Positions 38,302 through 48,555 of a stretch of DNA of 64,000 bases are shown here, piece after piece; positions within the stretch are counted from its first letter, which is position 1, and every line of letters begins with the position of its first letter. Both the position numbers and the translations under genes were made by a program. Origin of the DNA: Acidimicrobiia bacterium (GTDB lineage Bacteria > Actinomycetota > Acidimicrobiia > Spongiisociales > ZC4RG35); assembly GCA_965203555.1 (NCBI GenBank), contig CBDBCY010000004.1:832001-896000 (forward strand). The letters run 5' to 3'. The notes below the pieces were generated by a model, which worked only from the letters and a program-made list of their open reading frames with translations, ran no database searches and was not told where the DNA came from.

Positions 38302-39153
38302 TCATCTCTCCACCCCGGCGGTCACGACCTCGGAGATGTTGCGCTGGAAGATGGCGGTGATGAGGATCACCGGCAGGGCGGTTATCACCGTGGCCGCCGC
38401 CAACTGCCCGATGGCGATGTCCGTCGTTGAGCGGAACAACCCCAGCGTCACGGTGAGAATGGAAAGGTCGCTGGTGAAGAGCAACGGGGTCAGGAACTCC
38501 ACCCAAGCAAGAATGAAGCCCAACAGCAACCCGGCGAAGATCCCGGGCCGGAGCAACGGGATGATGATACGAAACATCAGCTGGCGAAGCCCGGCGCCGT
38601 CGATCCGGGCCATCTCCTCCACTTCCACCGGTATCGCCCGGACGAACGATCCCATGATCCACACCATGAAGGGCAGGGTAAAGGCCACGTAGGGAAGCAC
38701 CAACCCTATGTAGGTGTCGTAGAGGCCCAATTGCACCACCGCGATGAACAGGGGAAGAACGAACAACAGGGTGGGAAGAATGTAGATGGCGGCGAACCCG
38801 CCCAGAATGATCCTCCTCCCCGGGACCGTCATCCGGTGCAGGGCGTAGGCGGCGGGCACCGCGATCGCCACGGTCAGAAAGGCCGTGGCCAGCGCCACCA
38901 CCAGACTGTTCACCATCGATTCCGCCACCGGGATGCCCGAGGCCTCCTCAAAGATCCTCTGATAATGCTCGGTCTCGATGTAGGTGGGGACGAACGCCAC
39001 GTCCCGGGAGCGAATGTCGGGTTCGGTCTGGATGCTGGTCAGGATGATCCCGTAGAGGGGAAAGGCCGTCACGACCAGGACCAGCACTGCGGCGCCGTAT
39101 ATCATCGCCCGTTTGAGCCGGCGTCCCGCGGACATGCGGTTCGAGGCCACCAT
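38302..39153 (-). CDS. Carbohydrate ABC transporter permease
   Basis: NSLVVA, EEMARIDGA, WVEFL. Confidence 0.92.
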   Translation of the reverse strand: MVASNRMSAGRRLKRAMIYGAAVLVLVVTAFPLYGIILTSIQTEPDIRSRDVAFVPTYIETEHYQRIFEEASGIPVAESMVNSLVVALATAFLTVAIAVPAAYALHRMTVPGRRIILGGFAAIYILPTLLFVLPLFIAVVQLGLYDTYIGLVLPYVAFTLPFMVWIMGSFVRAIPVEVEEMARIDGAGLRQLMFRIIIPLLRPGIFAGLLLGFILAWVEFLTPLLFTSDLSILTVTLGLFRSTTDIAIGQLAAATVITALPVILITAIFQRNISEVVTAGVER

Positions 39154-39155
39154 CG

Positions 39156-40085
39156 CTACATCCCCGCCAGTCGCCGGGATCGGGCCAGCATCCACCCCAA
39201 ACCGGCAATTGCCAGCACCGTCAGGGCAGATAGAAGGTATGCGGTAGCCGCCGCGTTGCCGAAATCGAACTGCTCGAATCCCTGGCGATAGGTCAGGAAA
39301 TTGAGGGTGGTAGTGCCCCGGATGGGTCCCCCTCGGGTCAGAACGAAGATGGTGTCGAACACCTTCATTGCCCACACGAACAGAAAGATCACCACCGGGA
39401 CCACCACCGGCAGCATCAGCGGGAGGGTCACATGGCGGAAACCCCGCCACGGACCGGCGCCGTCGATGGCGGCCGCCTCCCGGACGGACCTGGGCACGAT
39501 CTGCAGGCCGGCCAGGATGAACAGGGTGGCGAAAGGAATCCATCTCCAAACCTCGGTGATCAGCACCGAGTGAAGGGCGATGGTCGAACCGCCCAACCAG
39601 ATTATTCCCCCTTCTCCGCCGAATGCCCTGATCAGTCCGTTGAGAAATCCGAATTCGGCATGGAACATCTGCACCCACAGCACCCCGGAGGCGACGGGCG
39701 GCACCGCCCAGGGGAGCAGGACGGTCACCCTGAGCAGACCCCGGCCGAAGAAGGTCCTGTTCAGGAGGAGGGCTATCAAAAAGGACAGCACCACCGTCAG
39801 CACACAGAGCATCAACCCGAAGTAGACGGTTATCCGGGTCGCCTGCCAGAAGTGGGGATCGGTCAACTGGTTGATGAAGTTCTTGAACCAGACGAAACCC
39901 TCGATCCGGAATCGGGGAGACAGGTCTATCTTGGAGAAGCTGTAGGCCAGGGTCGAGAGAGCCGGATAGGCGTACACGCCGCACACCACCAGCACCGCCG
40001 GGGCCACCATCGCCGCCGCGACCAAACGACCGCGGCGGCGAGTCCGGCCGGCCCGAGCCTCGACCGCCTGCTCCTGGGAAGTCAT
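39156..40085 (-). CDS. Carbohydrate ABC transporter permease
   Basis: LLPWAVP, WRWIPF, EAAAIDGA, LTRGGP. Confidence 0.93.
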   Translation of the reverse strand: MTSQEQAVEARAGRTRRRGRLVAAAMVAPAVLVVCGVYAYPALSTLAYSFSKIDLSPRFRIEGFVWFKNFINQLTDPHFWQATRITVYFGLMLCVLTVVLSFLIALLLNRTFFGRGLLRVTVLLPWAVPPVASGVLWVQMFHAEFGFLNGLIRAFGGEGGIIWLGGSTIALHSVLITEVWRWIPFATLFILAGLQIVPRSVREAAAIDGAGPWRGFRHVTLPLMLPVVVPVVIFLFVWAMKVFDTIFVLTRGGPIRGTTTLNFLTYRQGFEQFDFGNAAATAYLLSALTVLAIAGLGWMLARSRRLAGM

Positions 40086-40101
40086 GGAGTCGGGCGCGGT
40101 T

Positions 40102-41472
40102 TTACGCTTCGTCCTGCCTGCGAGCTTCCAGGGTGGCTGCTGCTGCGTCGTCCAGGGCCTGCTGCGGAGTCTTCCGTTGCGCCAGAACCTCGTGGATCTC
40201 GTCGGAGAGGAACTGCGTCCAGCGAGGACGGTCCTCGGACCACCCTCCTTCCACGGGATACTCGTACGCCTTGGCCAGGGCCGGATAGAACGGGAAGGCT
40301 TCCACGATGTCGGGCTCGTTCAGGACCCCGCTGTAGATGGATCCCCATCCGCCCAGCGCCACCACTCTCTGGCCCTCGCGGGAAGAGATCAGATCCAGCA
40401 GGCGCCAGGCCTCGTCCTTGTTCTCGGCATAGACCGGGACTCCGAAGAACTCCGACCCGTCCACCGATCCGCTGGTCACCACGGCCGGGTTGGGAGCGAA
40501 GGCGCTGTGACCGGCGATTCCGGGCGCCGCGTCGGGAAGGGCCGCCACTCCCGCCACGAACGGCCAGGAGATGAACATGCCTCTCGTTCCGTCGAAGAAG
40601 CCGGGGGTGGCGTCGAACACCCAGGTGTAGGTGGGGACGGCGGGATCTATGCACTTGTGAACGTGAAGCAGGTCATGCAGCTTCTGCAGCGCTTCTACCC
40701 CTGCCTCGCTGTTGAAGGCAGGCTGCTGCTCCTCGTCGAGGAAAGTCCCGCCGTGCATGTGAAGCATGCCGCCCCAGGTGAACAGAACGTGCTGGTCGGC
40801 CCAGGCGTCGGTGAGTCCGTAGTACTGGACACCGTCCCGCTCTCCCGTCATCGCTATGGCGTATTCAACAAAGGTGTCATAGGAGTTGGGAGTGGAATGC
40901 CAGTCGAGCGGAAGGTCGGGATCGAGCCCCGCCTGTTCCATGAGCTTCTTGTTCCAGTGCAACAACTGACTGCCCATGGTCCACGGCACGGCCCAGGTTT
41001 CCCCGCCAAACTCCACTGCGCCCATGCCCCGGGTCAATAGGTCGGGTTCACTGCGAACCCGCTCGTCCATGAAGGGACCGGCGTTGGTGAGCCATTCGCC
41101 GTTGGTGAGCTCGGCCCCCAACGTGGCGGTGACGAACACCGCGTCCCAAGGCGAACTCTGCGCCAGGAAGGAAGTGGTCAGCTTGGTGCGCAGGTCGGGA
41201 CTGGTGACCTCTTCGACATTGGGAGCGAACCCCACGTTGGCCTCGTGCTGTTCCAGGAGTTGCTTGATGGGATCCATGTGCGTCCCGATCAGCACCCCCA
41301 GTTCTCCGGTGAAGTCCTCACCCGGCTCCGCCCCCTCATCGGTGGGGTCCCCTCCGCCGCAGGACGCCAACAGGCTTGAAAATCCTCCCATGGCGGCAAA
41401 GGCCAGCAGCGCGGAACTTCCTCCCAGGAATTGGCGACGGGTAATTCCAGAATCAAATCGTTTGGGGGTCAA
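40102..41472 (-). CDS. Sugar-type ABC substrate-binding lipoprotein with Tat signal
   Basis: TRRQFL, LLASC, WNKKLMEQAGL, FNSEAGVEAL, TPQQALD; gaggagg RBS. Confidence 0.9.
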   Translation of the reverse strand: MTPKRFDSGITRRQFLGGSSALLAFAAMGGFSSLLASCGGGDPTDEGAEPGEDFTGELGVLIGTHMDPIKQLLEQHEANVGFAPNVEEVTSPDLRTKLTTSFLAQSSPWDAVFVTATLGAELTNGEWLTNAGPFMDERVRSEPDLLTRGMGAVEFGGETWAVPWTMGSQLLHWNKKLMEQAGLDPDLPLDWHSTPNSYDTFVEYAIAMTGERDGVQYYGLTDAWADQHVLFTWGGMLHMHGGTFLDEEQQPAFNSEAGVEALQKLHDLLHVHKCIDPAVPTYTWVFDATPGFFDGTRGMFISWPFVAGVAALPDAAPGIAGHSAFAPNPAVVTSGSVDGSEFFGVPVYAENKDEAWRLLDLISSREGQRVVALGGWGSIYSGVLNEPDIVEAFPFYPALAKAYEYPVEGGWSEDRPRWTQFLSDEIHEVLAQRKTPQQALDDAAAATLEARRQDEA

Positions 41473-41805
41473 AGTGTTCCTCCTCGATTAGGGGATAGTT
41501 TGCTTTGCCATCTTAAGCTAGCCGGTTGTTCATCGACGGGTAACCAAAGCGGGGAGTTTTGCCGAGCAACCCGCAAGGAGCCCTCTTCATCAAGCCGATA
41601 GATCGGGAAGCTACCGGCATCCTGTTATCAGGCCTACTCATAAGAAGGGCTCAGAAGACGTCCTGTTTGCACAAGACAGCCCATCAGGACCTTATTTGGA
41701 CAGATTTGCTTAGCATAGCTCTTATCCGCACTAAAACGTATATATAACCCATTATCGCACAAAAATGCATGTATAAGAAAGAGAACCGTTGATATCATTC
41801 CATGC

Positions 41806-43329
41806 ATGGCCCGAACGACCTACCCCCCCTGGCCCACCGAGATGCGGTCCGTTTTCTTCGACAACGAAGACATAGCTTCGACCGCCACCCTGAGAAGGGC
41901 CGTGGCCGAGGAACGGATACGCCGCTTGGCGCCTCGACTCTATACGGCGGATCTGAAAAGTGATGCTGCTGAAATAGTGGTGGAGAACCGCTGGTTCATC
42001 CTGGGCCGCCTGCTGCCGGGTGCGCTCATAGTGGACCGTTCGGCGGCCGAAGGGGGTCGAGTGGTGAACGGCTTTCTGTTCGTAGCCTCTGAGGAAAGGC
42101 GTACGCCTATCCGGTTACCCGGTCTGGTCGTACACGTTCGTAACGGGAGACCGGTCGATGAACCGACAGAAGACCCGATGTGGGCAGAGGGTCTGAGGAT
42201 GTCCAGTCCGGCTCGAACTCTGGTGGACAACATGGCAGTGTCACGTCGTCGGGGAAAGCGACCTGCTCGAACCTTGTCGCCGAGCGAACTGGAAGATTGG
42301 CTGGCTCGGAAAGCCCTGGTCTGGGGACCGAAGCGTATATCGCGCCTTCGCGGCAACGCAGTGGCGATGGCTGAAGTTCTGGATGCACCGGATCGCGTTG
42401 AGAACATCAAACGCATCTTCGAGCAATTGGCTGGTCAGAGACCACCCAGCCCTGCCGCCGGTAGGTATTTCAGAGCGGTAGTCAAAGGTCGAGCCTGGGA
42501 CGAGCGGCGGATGGGGATGTTTCAACGATTAGTAGAAGGGCTCAATAAATACGACGATCCCGACCTGCCGGATTGGTTGCCTGCGGAGCCCTCTCCCGGG
42601 GAATTGCCTTTCTTCGAAAGCTACTTCTCGAACTACATCGAAGGAACAATCTTCACAGTGAACGAGGCCCGGCATATCGTGGAGAGCCAAGAGCCTCCAG
42701 CAACCCGCGCCGCCGATGGACACGACATACTGGGGACCCATCGCTGTGTCGTAGATCCTGTTGGCCGCAAGGCCGTCTCCGAAAAACCAGAGGAGATCGT
42801 CAGCCACCTCTGCAAACGTCACGAAACGATCATGGCCGTCGGACGACCGGAGTTGCTGCCCGGTCTATGGAAACACGAAAACAACCAGGCGGGAGGGTAT
42901 GTGTTCGTGGCTCCCAACCTGGTGGAGGGTACTCTCATGAAGGGTCTTGAACTCGTCTCCTCGGTTCCCGCCGGATTCCGGCGAGCCCTGTACGTGATGA
43001 TGGTGACCCTTGAAGTTCATCCCTTCATCGACGGAAACGGGCGGGTGGCCCGCGTGATGATGAACGCCGAACTTTCGGCAGCCAACCTGGCGCGGATCGT
43101 CATACCCAGCGTTTATCGCCGCGAATACCTCGGTGGGATACGGAGAGCCTCACTGTCGGACGGAGAGCACATCGGCAGCCTGGTCAAGGTAATGAGCTTT
43201 GCCTGGCGGTGGACCGCTGCCATGCCCTGGGAGGATCGGGCGGCTACCGAAGGGCAGTTGAAGGCCACCAACGCATTGCTGGACCCGGATGAAACCCCGA
43301 TGGGTGGCATCCGCTTGGAATTGCCCTGA
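41806..43329 (+). CDS. Fic family protein with extended N-terminal domain
   Basis: FFESYFSNYIEGT, HPFIDGNGRVAR. Confidence 0.92.
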   Translation: MARTTYPPWPTEMRSVFFDNEDIASTATLRRAVAEERIRRLAPRLYTADLKSDAAEIVVENRWFILGRLLPGALIVDRSAAEGGRVVNGFLFVASEERRTPIRLPGLVVHVRNGRPVDEPTEDPMWAEGLRMSSPARTLVDNMAVSRRRGKRPARTLSPSELEDWLARKALVWGPKRISRLRGNAVAMAEVLDAPDRVENIKRIFEQLAGQRPPSPAAGRYFRAVVKGRAWDERRMGMFQRLVEGLNKYDDPDLPDWLPAEPSPGELPFFESYFSNYIEGTIFTVNEARHIVESQEPPATRAADGHDILGTHRCVVDPVGRKAVSEKPEEIVSHLCKRHETIMAVGRPELLPGLWKHENNQAGGYVFVAPNLVEGTLMKGLELVSSVPAGFRRALYVMMVTLEVHPFIDGNGRVARVMMNAELSAANLARIVIPSVYRREYLGGIRRASLSDGEHIGSLVKVMSFAWRWTAAMPWEDRAATEGQLKATNALLDPDETPMGGIRLELP

Positions 43330-43527
43330 AGAACCGGGCGCCATTTCTGGTCCGATGGGAGGTTCGTTGCCCCGGCTCGACTCCTCGACACTGCGGCCTC
43401 CTCCGACCGGACAAGCCATCCGAGTAGCAGGGAATGGCCTGCGGACAGTCGGATCGTCCTGGAGCAGACGGGACTCTCGGCGGCGCCTCGTCCGCATCGT
43501 TCCGGTGGACGACGAACACGGCTCGGA

Positions 43528-44904
43528 TCAACCGGCGGGCAGGATCCATGCGGATGGCGCCAGGTTGCGAGGTTGGGACAGGAGGTCCACTGAGGGGTCG
43601 ACAATCCGTCGAGCGGGGCGTCCGTTCATCGACACCCAGGCATCGGCTCGCACCTCGAGATCTTCAAACCCCTGTCGTTGATAGTGATCGGCTATGAGAC
43701 GAGCCGTGGCGTGGATCAGATCAGGCCGCACGTTGGCCTGCCCGGTCTGCCAATCGGTCAAGACAAGCTCGGGTCCGGTCAGCCAGGTATGTCCTCCGGA
43801 AGTATCGGTAACTCGATACTCGACGTACCCCGTCTTCTCGGTGAGCATGACCCGCCATGACCAGTAGTAACCCTCCTCGGTCCATCTCACGTTCCCGGTG
43901 TAGGCGTAGTGTCGCAGCGGCAGCAGCACCTGGAACAAAGCCAAGGCGACCAAAAGCACCACAGCCGGTCGGGTGATCCTTGCCGTTGCACCAGGCGCCG
44001 CTGCTCTCGCCTTGGACCCTGGTCGGATTGCTCGCCACGCCTTTACGGGCCAGTCGGGGCCGAAAAACACCAGACCACTCACGATCATCACCCACGGAAA
44101 CACCCCTATCCGGAACATCACTCCGGTGGCTAGATGAAACCCGACCAGCGCCATGTACGCCCACGGACGGCTGCGACGCCACAGCAGCCAGGCCACGATG
44201 GTGCAGTCGAAAAAGGCGCCCCCCCAACTGGCCAGGTAGGCGACCACCGGCTCATCGAGAAGGGGCCCGATGATCGGAAGATGGGTGCGGTCGGCCAGCC
44301 ACAGCCGCAGCGGTTGGGCTCTCAGCAGCCAATCTCCGTTGAGTTTGGCCAACCCGGCGAAGGCATAGAGCAGACCCAACTGCCCCCGGAGCACCCAGAC
44401 CACCGCCGCCGACACGGTCGCTCTCGCCTCCACCCGACCTGCCCGGGCGTCGAGCGACCAGCGATGGTGCACGGGGAGGAGCACCAACAGCACTGCGGCC
44501 AGCGTGACGAACCAGTAGTGGTTCAGATACAGGACCGCGTCGATCAATTCCGTGTAGGTGAATCCCACCGCATACAACGCCGCGGCCAGCCGATGCCGGT
44601 ACCCCAAGGCCACACAGATCCCCAGAAGAGCCAGCACCACCATGAGAAGGTGCATCCACGGAGCGGGAAGCGGGTGAACCCAGTCGAAGCCCGGATAACT
44701 CAGATGATTGGTAGGCGCGAGATAGAGGCTGTCCACCCAGCCGCGGGCCAGAAAACGGACTGAACCGAAGGTCGCCACCACCCCGAAGCCGATACGAAAG
44801 ACTGCCACCGAGTCGGCAGCCACCGGCCGCCGGGCCGCAGCGCCGAGTCGCGCCAGAAAATCCGACAGGGGTCGGGCTTCAACCGGAACTGTCGCCGTCG
44901 GCAT
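43528..44904 (-). CDS. HTTM / vitamin K-dependent gamma-carboxylase-like protein
   Basis: FRIGFG, YLNHYW, AGLAKLNGDWL, IGVFPW, WTEEGYYWSWRVML, SMNGRP...IVDP. Confidence 0.9.
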   Translation of the reverse strand: MPTATVPVEARPLSDFLARLGAAARRPVAADSVAVFRIGFGVVATFGSVRFLARGWVDSLYLAPTNHLSYPGFDWVHPLPAPWMHLLMVVLALLGICVALGYRHRLAAALYAVGFTYTELIDAVLYLNHYWFVTLAAVLLVLLPVHHRWSLDARAGRVEARATVSAAVVWVLRGQLGLLYAFAGLAKLNGDWLLRAQPLRLWLADRTHLPIIGPLLDEPVVAYLASWGGAFFDCTIVAWLLWRRSRPWAYMALVGFHLATGVMFRIGVFPWVMIVSGLVFFGPDWPVKAWRAIRPGSKARAAAPGATARITRPAVVLLVALALFQVLLPLRHYAYTGNVRWTEEGYYWSWRVMLTEKTGYVEYRVTDTSGGHTWLTGPELVLTDWQTGQANVRPDLIHATARLIADHYQRQGFEDLEVRADAWVSMNGRPARRIVDPSVDLLSQPRNLAPSAWILPAG

Positions 44905-45928
44905 CGCTGAACCCGAGGGCCACTCCCAATTGGGCGATCACCTCGGTGGCCACGCTGATCTGCACGGCTTTCACGGCATCCCGGGCGGCTGCGACCACGG
45001 CGGGAGTGTCGACCACGGCCTGCCGCAGGGGTGGTCGGATAGCCTCCACGGCGTCAAGGGCGGCAATCATCTGCGTTGAGAGCCGTTCCGCCAGGTCTTC
45101 GGTCAACAGGGCGTCCAGCCCGGAATCGAGGTCCTGCCCGATCAATACCGATTGCAAGCCGAGCAAACGTTCCAGAAGGTCAGTCACCCCACCGCCCGCC
45201 TCACCTTCCTGGATGGCTTCCAGTTTGGGTGAACGGCCCATCACTCCCAGGGCAGAACCCAATTCCAGGTCGGTGACGGATTCGAGAAGGAAGAAGGCGT
45301 CGTTTACCAACGAGTCCAACCCGTCGCCGTCGGCAACGCTGAACGTTTCCCGGTAGGGAGCGCCTCCCTCCCGGCCGGTGGTCCAGTCGGAGAGAAGCAG
45401 GTCGGCCTGGTCGGCAATGATCTCCGAGACGGTTTGCAGGTATTCGCACCTGCGGGGATCCTGCAGCGCAGCCAGTGGGTCGTCTCCGGCGTGGAGAACG
45501 TACTCCAACCCATCCAGGCCCCGCTGATCGGATCCGATGCGGGTGGCCAGGCGCTCGAAGTCCAACCCGACAGAAGTGTCGGAAATCATATCCTCGATCT
45601 GGTCGGGGTCCACCGGCCACCGGACCACCGACCAGGACCGCCGTTCCATCACCGGACCCACCCACATCGCCTGGGCGCCCACCCAAGCCTGGCGTGCGGA
45701 ATCCACCGCGGTCCGCGAAGCGGCCAGCCCCGCACTGTCCGGGGCTTCACAGAATCCACCGATGGTGGAGTACATGTGGGAAGCAGCGGCTTGGAACCGC
45801 TCGTAAGCGGGGATGATCGCCTCGCCAGCCAAATCGTCCAGGATCTCCGGACGGCTCGGGGCTCCCGCGCAGGAAGCCGCCAAAACCGCGAACGCAACCA
45901 GTGTCCCGACCGGGCGTCGGAGGTTCAC
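44879..45928 (-). CDS. Imelysin-like (M75) lipoprotein lacking the motif His
   Basis: Lipobox LAASC, IIPAY, ARQAW, VGP, RGLDGLEYVL, C-terminal GFSDADGD. Confidence 0.85.
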   Translation of the reverse strand: MNLRRPVGTLVAFAVLAASCAGAPSRPEILDDLAGEAIIPAYERFQAAASHMYSTIGGFCEAPDSAGLAASRTAVDSARQAWVGAQAMWVGPVMERRSWSVVRWPVDPDQIEDMISDTSVGLDFERLATRIGSDQRGLDGLEYVLHAGDDPLAALQDPRRCEYLQTVSEIIADQADLLLSDWTTGREGGAPYRETFSVADGDGLDSLVNDAFFLLESVTDLELGSALGVMGRSPKLEAIQEGEAGGGVTDLLERLLGLQSVLIGQDLDSGLDALLTEDLAERLSTQMIAALDAVEAIRPPLRQAVVDTPAVVAAARDAVKAVQISVATEVIAQLGVALGFSDADGDSSG

Positions 45929-47310
45929 AATGCCTCCAAAAAAGCCACCAAATCAGCCCGGTCCTCGGCATCGGCCATCCTGAACGCCTCGCGGGAAGCT
46001 TCAGCCTCTCCGCCGTGCCACAGTATGGCTTCCTCCAAGGTCCTGGCCCGGCCGTCATGCAGAAGGAACCGATACCCCTGGACATCGTCAACAAGTCCGA
46101 GACCCCACAGCGGCGGGGTGCGCCACTCGCTACCGCTGGCCGCGAAATCTTCCCTGTTATCAGCCAGACCCGGTCCCATGTCGTGCAGCAACAGATCAGT
46201 GTAGGGATGAATGGTCTGGTTGGAGAGGGTCAAAAGGTCCACTGTTCCGGTCTGGTGGGTGGGAGTGTGACAGGCCGCACACCCAAAGTCCGCAAACAAC
46301 TGCGCGCCGGCCCGCACCGGGGCAGTCTCATGTCCCCGCATGGCGGGAACCGCCAGGGTGCGGATGTACAGGACCACAAACGCCAGGCGGGAGTCGGTTA
46401 TCTCAGGCGTGCCTCCGTGAGGAGCGGCGGAGCAATCTCGTTGGACGGGCCTGCAGTTCTCTTCGGGGTGCAGAACCGAAGTTATCCCGATGTCGCCGTG
46501 AAACGCTCCGGCGGCCTGCTGCTCGGCGGTGGCGACATTGGCCTTCCATCCAAACCGGCCCAGGGTATGGGTTCCCGCCCTGGCATCCCAAACCACATTG
46601 GCCCGGCCGGAGATGCCGTCGCCGTCGGCGTCATCGGGGTCGGCGGCGGCCAATATCGATTCGGCGGGAATAGCTTCCAGCAACCCTATTCCCACCACCT
46701 GCTGTGCCAAACGGGAACTGGTACGCACATTTTCCGCCAGGGGACCGAAGGCGAGATCGACGATCTCGTATGTCGGCGCCCGCAGCTCGAATTCGCTGCC
46801 GTCGCCGTAGGCGCCGACGATGTACTCGTAGGTCACGTTCAATGTCCCTTCGGCAGGCACCCCCAGAACGGACCGATCCTGCAACTGGCCACCGTACACC
46901 GGATCCGGCAGCGGCGCACCGGTGACGGGGTCTGCACCGGGAACCGAGAGCCTGACGAGCAGACCCAGACGCGTCTGCGCTCCGGTGGGATCGGGAGGAA
47001 GTCCTCGTCCGTCCAGCAGGTGACAGGACGCACAAGCTTGAGCATTGAAGACTGGACCCAGCCCGTCCCTGGCCTCGGTGGAAGCCGGAGCGGAAACCCA
47101 GTTCTGGGTAAAGAAACTGTCCCCTACCTCGAACAGCCGGCGTTCTTCGTTGGACAGTTGGGGCGCCGGCAGGCTAAACGAGTTCCTGGAGACATCGCTG
47201 CGCGTGGTATCACCGCCCAGTTTGGGGTCCAGAACCAAATCATCGGCGCTGCAGGCACCGGCCAGCAGGACAAAGCCCACCACGATCAACGGAGTAACCC
47301 GATGGGCCAC
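45925..47310 (-). CDS. Di-heme oxidoreductase (DHOR) lipoprotein
   Basis: GLGPVFN, CASCH, GRFGWKA, CAACH, YTDLLLHDMG, EWRTPPLWG, LHDGRA. Confidence 0.93.
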   Translation of the reverse strand: MAHRVTPLIVVGFVLLAGACSADDLVLDPKLGGDTTRSDVSRNSFSLPAPQLSNEERRLFEVGDSFFTQNWVSAPASTEARDGLGPVFNAQACASCHLLDGRGLPPDPTGAQTRLGLLVRLSVPGADPVTGAPLPDPVYGGQLQDRSVLGVPAEGTLNVTYEYIVGAYGDGSEFELRAPTYEIVDLAFGPLAENVRTSSRLAQQVVGIGLLEAIPAESILAAADPDDADGDGISGRANVVWDARAGTHTLGRFGWKANVATAEQQAAGAFHGDIGITSVLHPEENCRPVQRDCSAAPHGGTPEITDSRLAFVVLYIRTLAVPAMRGHETAPVRAGAQLFADFGCAACHTPTHQTGTVDLLTLSNQTIHPYTDLLLHDMGPGLADNREDFAASGSEWRTPPLWGLGLVDDVQGYRFLLHDGRARTLEEAILWHGGEAEASREAFRMADAEDRADLVAFLEAL

Positions 47311-47373
47311 CTCTAGCCGATCCGGCCGATACCTGGCAACTCCTTCACCTTTTCGAAAAAGCCAAGTCTCGTA

Positions 47374-48555
47374 TCAGCTGACCTCTATGGCAATGCCGAG
47401 GGCATCCGCGGCAGCCACGATGGTGTCGGTCTGGGTTTCCAGGGCCTCGATGGTAGAGAGCACCTGCTGGCGACCGGGATCGTTGTCCGACACCCCGTCC
47501 CGGAGGTGCTGATCAAACGGCGCCGGAATGGCCCGGGCGGCATTGATGCTGACCGCTACCTCTCCTCTGAGCTGCTGGGCCAGTTCACTGTCGGCCGCAG
47601 CAATGACATCGAGCAGGCCGGTGCCGGAGACACCGCCCGGGTAGCTGCCCAGCAGCACCATCTCCACGCCACGGGCGTTGCCAATAATGTCAACCGTGGT
47701 GTTGTCCGAGAAGCAGGAATGTTCATCCTCCTGGGAACGCTCCAGATACGCAACGCTCATACGCTCGCCGGCCAATTCGCCACGAGACATCTCGCCGATA
47801 CCGGTGAAGGCCAGCCTGAGTGCGTCGGAGGAGTCCATTGCCTCGAAACCGGCCCGGTAGTTGTTCTGCCCCGGCGCCCAGGCAACCACCAGTTCTTCGA
47901 GATGGGCCACCAATTGATCTGTCACCGCAGCCAGATAGGCTGCTCGGCGATCAGCGTTGGCGGCGGTGGTGTAGTCCTCCACCGGACGATCGCCGGGACC
48001 GTTCTCATTCATGTCCTGACCCCATAGCAGGAATTCGATGGCATGCCAGCCCGTCGACACGTTGGCCTCGCCACCCTGCTCGTTCAACTCCACCAGGAGG
48101 TCGGCGGTGATTTCCGGATAGGCGCCCGGATCGTTGATGATCCCGGTTCCCGAGTCTCCTTCGACATAGTCGATGTAACCCTCGTCCAAGGGCCAGGCGT
48201 TTATGAGACCTTCGGTACCGGTCTCCTCGTTGTCGATGGGACCCCCATAGAAACGGAACACTTCTGTTGGACCGTAGTCCACCCTGGCCACCAACCAGGC
48301 CTGGCGCGCTGCGTCCAGGGTGGCCTGGGAGGGGGAGTCCAGGAAGGCGTCGATAGCTGAGTCCATGGCCCTCGCCGAGAAGAGACTGGCCTGATAAGCC
48401 GAGTGCACGCCGGCGGCATAGGTTGCCGCGGCGTCATCAAGCACAGCCTCGTCGACCGACGAATCATCGGCGCAGGCGGACAGCGTCAGGGCAATGGCTG
48501 CAACCAGGGACAAGAGGCGGACAAGACTTAGCGAGTTTGTGTTAGTACGTAGCAT
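47374..48555 (-). CDS. Imelysin/IrpA-like iron-regulated lipoprotein (start uncertain)
   Basis: Lipobox LSAC, TEVFRFYGGPID, INAWPLDEGYID, TGWHAIEFLLWGQD (GxHxxE), EDEHSCFSDNT. Confidence 0.92.
   Translation of the reverse strand: MLRTNTNSLSLVRLLSLVAAIALTLSACADDSSVDEAVLDDAAATYAAGVHSAYQASLFSARAMDSAIDAFLDSPSQATLDAARQAWLVARVDYGPTEVFRFYGGPIDNEETGTEGLINAWPLDEGYIDYVEGDSGTGIINDPGAYPEITADLLVELNEQGGEANVSTGWHAIEFLLWGQDMNENGPGDRPVEDYTTAANADRRAAYLAAVTDQLVAHLEELVVAWAPGQNNYRAGFEAMDSSDALRLAFTGIGEMSRGELAGERMSVAYLERSQEDEHSCFSDNTTVDIIGNARGVEMVLLGSYPGGVSGTGLLDVIAAADSELAQQLRGEVAVSINAARAIPAPFDQHLRDGVSDNDPGRQQVLSTIEALETQTDTIVAAADALGIAIEVS

Noticed and set aside
38302-39984. 560-aa permease ORF
   Set aside because: The extension overlaps the upstream permease in another frame; the likely start is 39153.
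45901-47316. Long antisense ORFs (also 6669-8120, 30988-32223, 34113-35540, 48957-50354, 61889-63319)
   Set aside because: Shadows of well-supported genes, as expected in GC-rich DNA.
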